DNA of 64,000 nt from Kofleriaceae bacterium (GTDB lineage Bacteria > Myxococcota_A > Polyangia > Haliangiales > Haliangiaceae): assembly GCA_046597055.1 (NCBI GenBank), contig JBKJLC010000301.1, positions 1 through 64,000 of the forward strand, read 5' to 3'. Position 1 is the stretch's first letter. Every line of letters starts with the position of its first letter. The position numbers and the translations under genes are program-made. Positions 51,085 to 62,712 of this stretch are shown here, piece by piece. Below the pieces are notes generated by a model that saw only the letters and a program-made list of their open reading frames with translations, was not told where the DNA came from and did no database searches.

Positions 51085-52839
51085 TCAGTTCCGCATGCGG
51101 GCGCGGAAGCGATCGATCTTCTTGTCGAACGCGACTCGCTTCTCGGGAGTCGACAGGTAGCCGACCATGCTCGCGACGTCGGTCCACTCGCTCTCGAGGC
51201 GCGAGCCCATGCGCTTGCTGTACGCCTTGTACTCGCGGGTCGCGGCCTGGAACTTCGCGCGCAGGCTGGCGGCGTCGGGCGCGGTGGCGATCGGCTCGAC
51301 CTGCTTGGGCGCGCGCTCGACCGGCCGACGGGTGACCGCCGCGGTCGGCTTGCTCGGGCGCTCCCGGCCGGGCGTCGGGACCACCGCGACCGCCATCTCG
51401 ATCTCCGGCTCCGGAGCCGGCTCGATCGCCGGCACCGGGGTGACCGTGGGCGCGGGCGCCGGCGCGGTGACCGCGGGAATCGCGGCCGGCGCGGCGACGG
51501 GCGGGCGGGCGTCGCTGCGGGTGAGCGCGATCGCCAGGCCGACCGCGAGGCCGGCCGTGCCGAACAGGACGATCGCGCCGACGTTGCGGCGGCGGCGCCG
51601 GCGGGCCCGCGCGGTGGCGTCGTCACCGGTGATGCCGGCGACCACGACGGTCTGGCGGGCCGACCGCCGGCCCAGGCGCGGGATCATCTGGGTCGGCGGC
51701 TGGTAGAGGGGCATGTTCGCCAGCGCGAACGACACCGTCGCCACCGACTGGGTGGTCAGCTGCTGCTCGAAGTCGGCGAGGTGCGCGGCCGCGGCCCGGT
51801 CGAGCAACTCGCGCTGCTGCACCATCTCGGCGGCGAACAGCTCGCGCAGGAACAGGCCGAGATGATCGGTCGACAGGGTCGGGTTGAGCGCCACCAGCGC
51901 GGCCTGGATCGCGTCGCGCAGCTCGGCCGCGGTCTGGAAGCGATCCTCGGGCTTGGGCCGCAGGGTGCGGGCGACCAGCGGGTCGAACGCCTTGAGCGTG
52001 AGGTCGTGCTGCGACGGCAGGCGGTGCTCGCCCTTGACGACCAGGCGGGCGAGCGCGCGGTAGTCCGGGTTGTCGCTGACCTCGTAGAGCCGCTCGCCGG
52101 TGAGCAGCTCGTAGAGCACGACGCCGGTCGCGTAGATGTCGGTGCGGGCGTCGACCACGCCGCCGCGCACGAGCTGCTCGGGCGCCATGTAACCGAACTT
52201 GCCGAAGCCCATCTTGGGATCGGTCGCGGTCGCGCGCATCGCGCTCTTGGCGATGCCGAAGTCGATGATCTTGGTCTCGCCCTCGAACGACACGACCACG
52301 TTGGGCGGCGAGATGTCGCAATGGACCAGCTGCAGCGACGCGCCGTCGGGGCTGGTCCGACGGTGGGCGTAGGCGAGGCCGTTGGCCATCTCGCGGGCAA
52401 CGAACAGGGCCAGGTCGGCCGGGACCCGGCGGTGCTGGCGCTGCAGGATAGTGAGGATGCGGCGCAGATCCCGGCCCTCGACGTACTCGAGCGCCAGGAA
52501 GTATTCGTCGCCGACCCGCCCGACCTCGAAGACCTGGGCGACGTTGACGTGCTGCAGCTTGATCGCGACCTGGGCCTCGTCGATGAAGCGCGAGATGAAC
52601 TGCTCGTCCTCCGACAGGCTCGGCAGCACCTTCTTGATCACGCACAGCTTCTCGAACCCGGCCAGGCCGTGCTTGGCGAGGAAGATCTCGCCCATGCCGC
52701 CCCGCGACAGGCGCTGGATCAGCAGGTAGCGGCCGAACACCGCGGGCAAGCCGGGATCGATCGCCCGCGGCCCGGTGGCGTCGACCGAGCCCTCGCTGGA
52801 GGTTCCCGAGGTGTGGAGGCTGGGGGCGGCGACGGACAT
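51085..52839 (-). CDS. Membrane Ser/Thr protein kinase
   Basis: RGGMGEI, VIKK, HCDISPPN, IIDFG, YMAPE, followed by a TM helix and Pro-rich region. Confidence 0.93.
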   Translation of the reverse strand: MSVAAPSLHTSGTSSEGSVDATGPRAIDPGLPAVFGRYLLIQRLSRGGMGEIFLAKHGLAGFEKLCVIKKVLPSLSEDEQFISRFIDEAQVAIKLQHVNVAQVFEVGRVGDEYFLALEYVEGRDLRRILTILQRQHRRVPADLALFVAREMANGLAYAHRRTSPDGASLQLVHCDISPPNVVVSFEGETKIIDFGIAKSAMRATATDPKMGFGKFGYMAPEQLVRGGVVDARTDIYATGVVLYELLTGERLYEVSDNPDYRALARLVVKGEHRLPSQHDLTLKAFDPLVARTLRPKPEDRFQTAAELRDAIQAALVALNPTLSTDHLGLFLRELFAAEMVQQRELLDRAAAAHLADFEQQLTTQSVATVSFALANMPLYQPPTQMIPRLGRRSARQTVVVAGITGDDATARARRRRRRNVGAIVLFGTAGLAVGLAIALTRSDARPPVAAPAAIPAVTAPAPAPTVTPVPAIEPAPEPEIEMAVAVVPTPGRERPSKPTAAVTRRPVERAPKQVEPIATAPDAASLRAKFQAATREYKAYSKRMGSRLESEWTDVASMVGYLSTPEKRVAFDKKIDRFRARMRN

Positions 52840-52980
52840 TCGCGAACGGGCGATGGGACCCGAGGCGCCCAAGTTTGCCAGAGCCGCCGGCCCGGCGGGA
52901 AGGAATCCGCCATCGACCTGGCAGGTTCCGGGGGCTTTCGCATACCTACGCAGCGGCGAGGTCGTGATAGCGTCTCGCCC

Positions 52981-54615
52981 GTGCGAGGCTCCGCCGGGTT
53001 CCTGGTGCTCTGCACCGCCGCTGCGTGCGGGTCCGGTTCGGTCGAGGTCGTCCTCGACCGGCCCCGGGCCGCCGAGGCGCAGCTCGAGCCGGCGGCGACC
53101 GTGGTCCTGCGCGCCGAGCGGTTCGATGCCGACGACGTCGTGCTGACCGCCACCGTGAACGACGACGCGGTGAGCTTCGGCGACCTGCCGCTCGGCGACT
53201 ATCACGCGATGTCGGTCGAGCTGTTCGGCCCGACCGGCGCCAGCGTGGGCTACGGACGGGCCAGCGAGCCGGTCGACGTCACCTTCGAGGGCAACCAGGT
53301 CGTGCACGTGCCGATCCGACGGCCGCGCGTGTACCTGGCGGGTCCGTCCCCAGGCCGGATGATCGAGGCCCCGCTGGTCGCGCCCGCGGCGCGGCTGATC
53401 CGCATGGATCGCGGCGGGGCCGGCCTCGACGTCGACGTGGTCAATCTGCCGGCCGCGACCGCGCTGATCGCGGCGGCCGGGCCCGACATGTTCGTGGCCG
53501 CGGGCGGGCGCGTGTTCCGGCTCGACAGCTCGACCGACACGTTCGACATGTCGCCGATGGTCGATGTGGGGGCGGAGATTCGCGACCTGGCCGGGACCGC
53601 CGACGGCATGTACCTGGTCGCGGGCAGCGACAGCGGTCTGCACGTGATCGACGTGGTCGCGCGCTCGGTCGGAACCCTGAGCCCGGGTGGCCCGGTCGAC
53701 GCGGTCGCCACCGCGATCGGCCCCGGCGGTCAGGTGATCGCGATCGCGCTGCTCGGCGGCGTACGTCCGCCGATGTCGTGCACCGGCGCCGCGTCGCGGC
53801 TGTTCGTGTCGGGGCTCGGCGACAGCGAGACCGCAGGCCGCACGATCGATCTGGGCGGCGGCGTCTCCGACATCGCGGCGGCGCCGGGCCGGCCCCTGGT
53901 GGTCGCGGCCGACTACTGTCGCGATCGGGTGACCGTGGTCGACCTGACCACCGACGCGGTGTGGGGCACGGTCGAGGGCGTCAAGTCGCCGACCGCGGTG
54001 ACCGCCACCGACACCCAGGCGTGGGCGGTGGGCTCGATCCCGGGCATCGTGGCGAATCCCGCCACCATCGAGGAGAACGTCGACCGCGGCGCCCATCACC
54101 AGCTCGTCGTGATGGACATGACCGGCGCGACGGTGACCGGACGGACCACCGATCTGCCGGAGATCGCGCAGCTCATCATCCCGTCGGACGACCCGGGCGC
54201 TTCGCTGGCGCAGAACGCGCGGGCCAAGCGCGCGACCGCGTCGGCGCTGTCGCTGTCGGCGCGGGGCGATCAGCTGCTCTTGTCGAGCAACGCCGTCCAC
54301 CGGGTGCAGCAGGTCACGATCACCGACAGCATCTTCGGCGTGCAGGGGGTGTTCCCGCCGATGACCGTCCACACCAGCCAGCAGTACGTGATCTCGACCT
54401 CGACCGGCGCGACCGAGCAGATGATCGCGACCCGCTGCAAGGTGTGCACCGCCGACAGCCACACCGCGGGCCTCGACTTCGGCGAGGGCTGCGGCGCCAA
54501 CCCGCAGGAGTGGGGCTACGCGATGTGGGGATGCGCGCCTTCGGGCAGCGTCATGGGCGTGGTCGGCGTGGACTTCGAGGCGGGAGCCAGCGCGGCCCTG
54601 TACGGACGACCGTGA
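52981..54615 (+). CDS. Lipoprotein, probable beta-propeller
   Basis: AAA-C lipobox; repeated beta-strand blades (VTVVDL, LHVIDV). Confidence 0.8.
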   Translation: MRGSAGFLVLCTAAACGSGSVEVVLDRPRAAEAQLEPAATVVLRAERFDADDVVLTATVNDDAVSFGDLPLGDYHAMSVELFGPTGASVGYGRASEPVDVTFEGNQVVHVPIRRPRVYLAGPSPGRMIEAPLVAPAARLIRMDRGGAGLDVDVVNLPAATALIAAAGPDMFVAAGGRVFRLDSSTDTFDMSPMVDVGAEIRDLAGTADGMYLVAGSDSGLHVIDVVARSVGTLSPGGPVDAVATAIGPGGQVIAIALLGGVRPPMSCTGAASRLFVSGLGDSETAGRTIDLGGGVSDIAAAPGRPLVVAADYCRDRVTVVDLTTDAVWGTVEGVKSPTAVTATDTQAWAVGSIPGIVANPATIEENVDRGAHHQLVVMDMTGATVTGRTTDLPEIAQLIIPSDDPGASLAQNARAKRATASALSLSARGDQLLLSSNAVHRVQQVTITDSIFGVQGVFPPMTVHTSQQYVISTSTGATEQMIATRCKVCTADSHTAGLDFGEGCGANPQEWGYAMWGCAPSGSVMGVVGVDFEAGASAALYGRP

Positions 54616-55457
54616 CCCTGAGCGGCCGCGCGCTGGCCGGCCTCGGGTGCCTGGCGATCATCGTGAGCAGCGGCGGGCCGGCGCGGGCCGACGACCCGAA
54701 GCGCGCGGTCGCGGTGCTCGAGTTCCGCAACGACTCGTCGGCCCTGCCCGCGGTCGGGACCAAGTTCGTGGCGGCGCTGGCGACCCGGACCTCGCTGAAG
54801 GTGCTCGGCGACGATCAGGCCCGGCAGCGCTACGGCAGCGGGCTCGACGGCGACGTCGTGAAGTGCGACGGCGACGCGCAGTGCATCGGCGCCATCGGCA
54901 AGCGCCTCGGCGTTGCCGAGGTCGTGCTGGTCGGCGTCAGCGAGCTGGGCGACGTGATCCTCTCGGTCCAGCGGGTGGAGAGCGGCAGCGGCAAGGTGCT
55001 CGGCCGGCTCGCCGAGGCGCTCGCCGCCGACGCCGACCCCGTGGAGGGCGAGCTGGTGGGGTATCTCGAGCGAGTGCTGCCGCCCGAAGACTTCGTCCGG
55101 TTCGGCATGATCGCGATCAAGGTCAACGTGGCCGGCGCCGACATCACGGTCGGGGGTCAGCGCCGCGGCACCTCGCCGCTCGCCGCGATCCGGTTGCCGG
55201 CGCCGTCGCGCTACGACATCGACGTGCGCAAGGCCGGCTATCAGCCGTTTCACGCCGAGGTCCGGGTGCCGCCTGATGGCGAGATCAACGTGATCGCACA
55301 GCTGATCCGGCCCGGCCAGGGCGGCGGCAGCGGCGCCTGGTACACGCGGTGGTGGGTGTCGGCCGCGGCCGGGGTGGTCGTGGTCGGCGCCGTGACGACC
55401 GGCTTCGTGCTGACCCGCGATCGCGACAGCGTGCCGGCCGGCGGCCACTTCGAGTAG
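54612..55457 (+). CDS. PEGA domain protein
   Basis: Signal peptide ARA-DD; GADITVGG..GTSPL...RKAGY; WYTRWW + TM. Confidence 0.85.
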   Translation: MTLSGRALAGLGCLAIIVSSGGPARADDPKRAVAVLEFRNDSSALPAVGTKFVAALATRTSLKVLGDDQARQRYGSGLDGDVVKCDGDAQCIGAIGKRLGVAEVVLVGVSELGDVILSVQRVESGSGKVLGRLAEALAADADPVEGELVGYLERVLPPEDFVRFGMIAIKVNVAGADITVGGQRRGTSPLAAIRLPAPSRYDIDVRKAGYQPFHAEVRVPPDGEINVIAQLIRPGQGGGSGAWYTRWWVSAAAGVVVVGAVTTGFVLTRDRDSVPAGGHFE

Positions 55458-55479
55458 AGCCGCGGCGCCTCGGCTCGGA

Positions 55480-55644
55480 TCAGTACGTCGCGAGCATGCG
55501 CTTGAGCAGCAGGCTGACGCGAACCGGGCGGGGGCGCTCGCTGGGCGCGACCTGCGCGGCAGCCTGGGCCGGGGCGACGTCCAGTGTCGCGACGATGTCG
55601 GCCGGGTCGACGGGGATGGGCGGAGGCACGGGAGGGCGACTCAT
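55480..55644 (-). CDS. Small hypothetical protein (54 aa)
   Basis: ATG 55644 lies just downstream of a sigma54-like element. Confidence 0.45.
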   Translation of the reverse strand: MSRPPVPPPIPVDPADIVATLDVAPAQAAAQVAPSERPRPVRVSLLLKRMLATY

Positions 55645-55656
55645 GACCGGACGAGA

Positions 55657-55672
55657 AGCATCGACCGTGCCG
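55657..55672 (-). promoter_or_regulatory. Sigma54-like promoter
   Basis: CGGCACGGTCGATGCT (GG-N10-GC). Confidence 0.5.
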
Positions 55673-55771
55673 ACATGTGCATTCGCACCCTTGCGTCGCT
55701 CGCGTGCGGCGCTCGCGCACGGTGGGCGACGACGCTCGCGTTCATGCGCGTCTCCCTGAGCAGTTCCTGGC

Positions 55772-55787
55772 TGGCCGGTCGCTTGCA
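55772..55787 (+). promoter_or_regulatory. Sigma54-like promoter
   Basis: TGGCCGGTCGCTTGCA (GG-N10-GC). Confidence 0.55.
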
Positions 55788-55799
55788 CCATGTCGCGAC

Positions 55800-56624
55800 A
55801 TGCGATGGGACCGATCTCACAACAGCCCGAACCTCGAAGACCGACGCGGCATGGGCCCGGCCCGGGGGGTCGGCGGCATGGGCGGCATGAACGTCCTCGG
55901 CATCATCTCGATGCTGTCGCGCTTCGGCTGGAAAGGGATCCTGATCGGGATCGTCATCGCCGGCTTCCTGATGTTCGGCGGTGGCAACCTGTGCGCCGGC
56001 GGCGGCGGTGGCTCCCAGGCGGTGGGCCCCCAAAAGACCACGCCCGCGCAGGACGAGCAGGCGAAGTTCGTCGGCTACGTCTTCGATGACATCCAGGACA
56101 GCTGGGCCAAGGCGCGACCGGGCTACCAGCCGGCGAAGATCATCGTGTTCACCGGCGCGGTCGAGTCCGCCTGTGGCACGACCTCGTCGGCCGTCGGTCC
56201 GTTCTATTGCCCGACCGATCAGCGCGTGTACATCGATCTGCAGTTCTACAGCGAGCTGTCGAAGCGCTTCGGGGCCCCTGGCGACTTCGCGCAGGCCTAC
56301 GTGATCGCCCACGAGATCGGCCACCACCTGCAGCAGCAGGCGGGCGTGCTCGGCGGCGGCGCGAGCGATGCGATCGCGGTCGAGCTGCAGGCCGATTGCC
56401 TGGCCGGCGTCTGGGGCAAATCGGCCGAGGCCCGCGGCAAGCTCGAAATCGGCGACGTCGACGAGGCGCTCGGCGCGGCCTCGGCCATTGGCGACGACAA
56501 GATCCAGCAGAAGACCCAGGGCCGGATCCAGCCCGAGACCTGGACCCACGGCTCCGCTGCCCAGCGCAGCGCGGCCTGGCGAAAGGGCTACAAGGGCGGG
56601 ACGGCCGAGACCTGCGGGCTGTGA
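55800..56624 (+). CDS. Neutral zinc metallopeptidase (YpfJ-like)
   Basis: MRW...NLEDRRG, GPFYCP, AHEIGHH, ELQADCLAG, THGS. Confidence 0.93.
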   Translation: MRWDRSHNSPNLEDRRGMGPARGVGGMGGMNVLGIISMLSRFGWKGILIGIVIAGFLMFGGGNLCAGGGGGSQAVGPQKTTPAQDEQAKFVGYVFDDIQDSWAKARPGYQPAKIIVFTGAVESACGTTSSAVGPFYCPTDQRVYIDLQFYSELSKRFGAPGDFAQAYVIAHEIGHHLQQQAGVLGGGASDAIAVELQADCLAGVWGKSAEARGKLEIGDVDEALGAASAIGDDKIQQKTQGRIQPETWTHGSAAQRSAAWRKGYKGGTAETCGL

Positions 56625-56666
56625 GCCCCTCGGGGCCCGGCCAGGGGTGCTAGGGTCCCCGCCGTC

Positions 56667-57266
56667 ATGCGCCCACGCTCGGCTCGCTTCGTTATCTCCG
56701 CGTCGCGTCCCGAAGAGTTCCCGACCGCCGACCTGCCCGAGGTCGCGTTCGCCGGCCGCAGCAACGTCGGCAAGTCCTCGCTGATCAACACGCTGGCTGG
56801 GACCGAAGGGCTGGCGCGCACCTCGCGCACCCCGGGTCGGACCCGGCTGCTCAACTGGTTCCGGATCGACCCGATGAAGGGCAAGCCGCTCTACTTCGTC
56901 GACCTGCCCGGCTACGGCTACGCAGCGGTCGATCGCGGCATGCGCGAGTCGTGGCGTCCCCTGATGGAGCGCTACCTGTCCGACCGCCCGGCCCTGCGCG
57001 CGGTCGTGCTGCTGATCGACATCCGGCGCGGCCCCGAGGACGAGGAGCTCGACTTCGCGCCGTGGCTGATGGAGCGCGGCATCACCGTCATCCCGGTGAT
57101 CACCAAGGTCGACAAGCTGGGCAAGGCGCAGCGGCTGCCGATCGCGAGCAGGGTCCGCAAGGAGCTCGGGCTCAAGCGCGATCCGGTGCTGTTCTCGGCC
57201 AGCGAGGGCCTGGGCATCGACGAGCTGTGGCGTCCGATCCTGCGGGCGGTCGAGACCCCGGCATGA
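56667..57266 (+). CDS. engB: Ribosome biogenesis GTPase EngB/YihA/YsxC
   Basis: GRSNVGKSS, PGRT, DLPGYGY, TKVDK. Confidence 0.96.
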   Translation: MRPRSARFVISASRPEEFPTADLPEVAFAGRSNVGKSSLINTLAGTEGLARTSRTPGRTRLLNWFRIDPMKGKPLYFVDLPGYGYAAVDRGMRESWRPLMERYLSDRPALRAVVLLIDIRRGPEDEELDFAPWLMERGITVIPVITKVDKLGKAQRLPIASRVRKELGLKRDPVLFSASEGLGIDELWRPILRAVETPA

Positions 57267-57703
57267 CCCTGGTCGTCGTCGCGGCGACCGCCGACGACCT
57301 CGACGCCATCGACGAGATCTCGCGCCACTCGTTCCGCGCGCCGTGGCCGCGCCGCATGTTCGAGGAGGAGCTCGAGCGCCCGCACGGCCGCCTCGACGTC
57401 GCGCGCGACGGCCACCGCGTGCTCGGCTACGTGAACTACTGGCTGGTGGTCGACGAGCTGCACCTGCTGGCGATCGCGACTCACCCCGACGTCCGGCGCG
57501 GCGGAGTTGGCGCCGTGATGATGGAGCGCGTGCTGAGCTGCGCCGCCACGGGCGGTAGCCGCCTGATCACGCTCGAGGTGCGGGCCGGCAACCAGCCCGC
57601 CCGCCGGCTCTACGACCGGTTCGGCTTCGGCGTGGTGAGCCTTCGTCGCGGCTACTACGGCGACGACGGAGAGGACGCCGTGGTGATGACCCGCACGCTG
57701 TGA
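57263..57703 (+). CDS. rimI: Ribosomal-protein-alanine N-acetyltransferase
   Basis: ELHLLAIA, RRGGVG, LEVRAGN, RRGYY..GEDA. Confidence 0.92.
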   Translation: MTLVVVAATADDLDAIDEISRHSFRAPWPRRMFEEELERPHGRLDVARDGHRVLGYVNYWLVVDELHLLAIATHPDVRRGGVGAVMMERVLSCAATGGSRLITLEVRAGNQPARRLYDRFGFGVVSLRRGYYGDDGEDAVVMTRTL

Positions 57704-57724
57704 GCCGCGTGCGGATCACGCCGC

Positions 57725-58162
57725 TCAGTGCGCCCGCCCGAACAGCTCCACCGGCCGCAGCCGGGTCGACGCCGCGGCATGACAGCGGGCGCACACCGCC
57801 GCCCGGACCGCCGGCACCGCCACGTCGACCAGCCCCAGCGCCCGCGCCAGCACCGGATCGCGCATCAGATCATCGGTCGCGTAGTGCCCACCCGCCCCGT
57901 GGCACGCCTCGCACCCGACCTCCGCGAAGTACGACTTCCCGGCCGGGGCGTCGCCGGTCCCGTGACAGCCAAGGCAGCGCGCCGTCCCCGCGGTTCGCCC
58001 CAGGCGGGTGACCGAACGCGCGTGTGCGGTCGCCTGCCAGGCCGCGAGCTGGCTCGGATGGCACGTCCCGCAGGTCGCGCTGCCGACCCAGTCGCGGCGC
58101 GCGCCGGTGAGCACGGCGAGGCTGGCGAGCGAGACGGCAAGCACGACGAGGAGGCGGCGCAT
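57725..58162 (-). CDS. Tetraheme c-type cytochrome (c554-like)
   Basis: Signal peptide; CGTCH, CLGCH, CEACH, CARCH. Confidence 0.9.
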   Translation of the reverse strand: MRRLLVVLAVSLASLAVLTGARRDWVGSATCGTCHPSQLAAWQATAHARSVTRLGRTAGTARCLGCHGTGDAPAGKSYFAEVGCEACHGAGGHYATDDLMRDPVLARALGLVDVAVPAVRAAVCARCHAAASTRLRPVELFGRAH

Positions 58163-58191
58163 CGCGGGTCGCCCTATGGTACGTCTGGCAG

Positions 58192-59979
58192 GTGGCGAAG
58201 GTCATCGGGCTCACGGGGGGCATCGCCAGCGGCAAGAGCGCGGTCGCGGCCGAGCTGCGCGAACGCGGCGCGGCGGTGGTCGATGCCGATCAGATCGCGC
58301 GTCAGGTCGTCGAGCCGGGGCAGCCCGCGCTGGCCGAGCTGGTCGCCCGGTTCGGCTCCAGCATCGTCGCCACGGACGGGCGGCTCGACCGCAAGGCGCT
58401 GGCCGACAAGGTGTTCGCCGATCCGATCGCGCGCGCCGATCTCAACCGCATCACCCATCCGCGGATCGCCGCGGCCAGCCAGGCCGCGATCGCGACCCAC
58501 GCCCAGACCGCGCCGGTGGTCTTCTACGAGGCCGCGCTGCTGGTCGAGAATCGCGCCCACGAGTGGCTCGATGGCGTGATCGTCGTGTCGGCGCCGGTCG
58601 ACGTCCAGCAGGCACGGCTGATGGCGCGCGACCGGCTCGACGAGACCGCGGCGCGTGGACGGCTCGCGGCCCAGCTGCCGCTCGAGGACAAGCTCAAGGT
58701 CGCGACCTGGGTGATCGACAACCGCGGTGACCGCGCGGCGCTCACCGCGCAGGTCGACGCGCTGTGGCGCGAGCTCGAGGCGCGCTACGGCGCGGTCGTC
58801 CGCGCGCCGCACGTGTCGGGGGTGATGGCGATCGCCGAGGCCGATCCCGAGCCGCTGCCGCCGCGCGCGCCCGAGCACGTGCTGGTGTCGGGGTTCCCCG
58901 CGTTCACCGCCAAGCGGATGGCGCGCACGACGCTGCGCCGCGATCCCGGGGCGACCGTCTATCTGCTGGTGCTGGCGCGCTACGCCGACGAGGCGGCCCG
59001 CTTCGTCGCCGAGCTGCCCGCGGCCGACCAGCTCCGGGTCGAGCTGGTGACCGGCGACGTGTGCGGGATGGATCTCGGCCTGGCGACCGCCGAGTACCAG
59101 GCGCTGACCACGGCGGTCACGACGATCCATCATCTGGCCGGCACCGCGTTCGGCGGCGTCGATGCCGACCTCGCCCGCCGGCTCAACGTCGGGGGCACCC
59201 GCGGCATCGTCGACTTCGCGGGCGAGTGCCGGCGGCTGCGCCGCCTGGTCCACTGGTCGACCGTGCAGGTGTCCGGCAAGCGGACCGGCGTCGTCCTCGA
59301 GGACGAGCTCGACGTCGGCCAGCGCTTCCACAACCACTACGAGTCGACCAAGCTCGCCGCCGAGACGATCGCGCGCGAGGCGATGCGCAAGCTGCCGGTC
59401 ACGATCGTGCGGCCCGGCATCGTCGTCGGTGACAGCCAGACCGGCGAGATCGACAAGCTCGACGGGCCCTACACGCTGATCACGCTGTTCGCGACCAACG
59501 CCTGGCCGGTGCACCTGCCCCTGCCCGGCCGCGGCTCGGCCCCGCTCTACCTGACGCCGGTCGACTACGTGATCGAGGCTGGCTATCACCTCGGCAACGA
59601 CGAGCGTGCCGCCGGTCGCACCATCCACCTGGTCGATCCCAACCCGCTGCCGGCCCGGCGGGTCCTCGAGCTGGTCGCCGAGGCCGCCGACACGCCCGCG
59701 CCGCGCGGCTTCGTGCCGGCCGGGCTGGCCCGCGCGTTCATGCGCGCGCCCGGGCTGGCGCGGCTGACCCGAGCGCCGGCGGCGGTGCTCGATCTGTTGT
59801 CGACGCCGGTGCTCTACCACCAGAAGAACGCGCTCGAGCTGCTCGGCGACGCCGGCATCACCTGCCCGTCATTCGAGAGCTACGTCGGCAATCTGGTGCG
59901 CTTCGTCCTCGAGGCCCACGCCCAGCGGCGCCGGCGCCCAGGCACGGTGGAAGAAGAGACCCACGACCCCCTGGCCTGA
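58192..59979 (+). CDS. coaE: Dephospho-CoA kinase fused to extended SDR (NAD_binding_4-like) domain
   Basis: [23 protein letters not shown]; then HLAG, NVGGT, YESTK, RPGIVVG. Confidence 0.9.
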   Translation: MAKVIGLTGGIASGKSAVAAELRERGAAVVDADQIARQVVEPGQPALAELVARFGSSIVATDGRLDRKALADKVFADPIARADLNRITHPRIAAASQAAIATHAQTAPVVFYEAALLVENRAHEWLDGVIVVSAPVDVQQARLMARDRLDETAARGRLAAQLPLEDKLKVATWVIDNRGDRAALTAQVDALWRELEARYGAVVRAPHVSGVMAIAEADPEPLPPRAPEHVLVSGFPAFTAKRMARTTLRRDPGATVYLLVLARYADEAARFVAELPAADQLRVELVTGDVCGMDLGLATAEYQALTTAVTTIHHLAGTAFGGVDADLARRLNVGGTRGIVDFAGECRRLRRLVHWSTVQVSGKRTGVVLEDELDVGQRFHNHYESTKLAAETIAREAMRKLPVTIVRPGIVVGDSQTGEIDKLDGPYTLITLFATNAWPVHLPLPGRGSAPLYLTPVDYVIEAGYHLGNDERAAGRTIHLVDPNPLPARRVLELVAEAADTPAPRGFVPAGLARAFMRAPGLARLTRAPAAVLDLLSTPVLYHQKNALELLGDAGITCPSFESYVGNLVRFVLEAHAQRRRRPGTVEEETHDPLA

Positions 59980-59991
59980 CCCGCTTGCTCG

Positions 59992-60487
59992 GGCTGAGGG
60001 CGCCCTCAGGATCCCGCACATGTTTTTCCGGTGTCCCTGAGCGAAGGCTCGCGAAGCGAGCCGAAGTCGAAGGGCAGTCCTCAGGATCGATCACACGGCT
60101 TCATGTGATCGGAAGCGCTCACCCTTTCCCGGTGGCCCTGAGCCGGCGCCGCAGGCGCCGGGTCGAAGGGCAGAGCGCCAAGGTGCCGCACGTGATCGTC
60201 GACGGGCTGCCCTTCGACGGCGGGCTCGCTTGCGCTCGCCCTGGCTCAGGGACACCGGGAAGATGTGGGGATCCTGAGGGCAGTCCTCAGGATCGATCAC
60301 AAGTCTTCATGTGATCGGAAGGGCTCACCCTTTCCCGGTGGCCCTGAGCCGGCGCCGCAGGCGCCGTGTCGAAGGGCAGAGGGCAGAGGGCAGAGCGCCA
60401 AGGTGCCGCACATGATCGTCGACGGGCTGCCGGCTGCCCTTCGACACCGAATTCGCGTGTGCTAACTCGGGCTCAGGACGAACGGTT
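59992..60487. repeat. REP/BIME-like mosaic of direct and inverted repeats
   Basis: Direct copies 60071-60211 and 60277-60431; inverted pair ~59994-60077 and 60207-60290; recurring CCTGAGC...GTCGAAGGG motif. Confidence 0.85.
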
Positions 60488-60518
60488 CGTGCGAAGCCAC
60501 GACGACTCGACGCGCAGT

Positions 60519-61184
60519 TCAGAACACGGTGTCGACGTCGAGCTGCACCGCGTCGCCGTCGGGCTCGCGGATCAGCACCGACTTGTAGCCGAGCGCGGCC
60601 GGCTCCTGGTCGAAGCGCACGCTGGTCGGCGTGATCACCTCGGGCCAGTTGCCCGGGCGGGGCGTGACCACCAGGTCGAGGAGGAGATCGGTCGGGTTGA
60701 TGCCCTGGGGCGCCGCGGGCTCGAGCGTCGCGGTGTAGCCCGGCGACGGCAGGTGCACGGTGCCGGTGACGTGGAGTGAGCCGGGACCCGGCGGCATCTG
60801 GCTCATCCACGCGTTCCAGTCGGAGGTGTCGACGGCGATCGCCTGCGTGGGGCAGGTGTCGATGAGGTGGGTGATTGCGAGGCTGGCCGAGCCGACGATG
60901 TGGTCGCCGACCATCGCGAACGCGAGCACCCGGGTCTTGCCGTCGATCGGCTGGTGGCGCAGCCGATGACGGACCGGGCGCAGCACCATCAGCGCCGGGC
61001 CTTTGCGCACCTTGAGCTGCAGCAGGACGGTGAGCGTCTCGGGCGTGGTCCGCACCGAGGGCGGCACCTCGGCCCGCGCGCGACCGGCGCTGTAGGCGCT
61101 GGTTGGCGTGAACGTGACCGCGTCGATCGTGAGCTCGCCGTCGGGCTCGCGGCTGAGCCGCAGGTTCGGCTGAAACATCTCCAT
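60519..61184 (-). CDS. Hypothetical protein (221 aa)
   Basis: GGAGG RBS; WNAWMSQMPPGPGSLHVTG...PQGINP motif. Confidence 0.8.
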   Translation of the reverse strand: MEMFQPNLRLSREPDGELTIDAVTFTPTSAYSAGRARAEVPPSVRTTPETLTVLLQLKVRKGPALMVLRPVRHRLRHQPIDGKTRVLAFAMVGDHIVGSASLAITHLIDTCPTQAIAVDTSDWNAWMSQMPPGPGSLHVTGTVHLPSPGYTATLEPAAPQGINPTDLLLDLVVTPRPGNWPEVITPTSVRFDQEPAALGYKSVLIREPDGDAVQLDVDTVF

Positions 61185-61229
61185 GCGATCGTGCCTCCCG
61201 GTAGCGGATGGGTCGCGGACCGTCGCCGC

Positions 61230-62564
<1,335 letters not shown>

Positions 62565-62712
62565 GCCGACCTGGTTGGTCACCCGGGTGACGCGCACGCA
62601 GCGCTCAGCGGGTGGGACTGCTTCCAATCCCACCCGCCCTTTCGCACGGTGCGCCGCCGCCCGGAGGCCGCGCCCGATCTGTCCGGAGAAGGGCCATCTA
62701 GCTTCGCTCGGG

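Noticed and set aside
60071..60431. Possible CRISPR array
   Set aside because: Only two long copies, no regular repeat-spacer period, and no cas genes
59985..60465. Short ORFs within the repeat mosaic
   Set aside because: Translations of palindromic repeats with no coding signal
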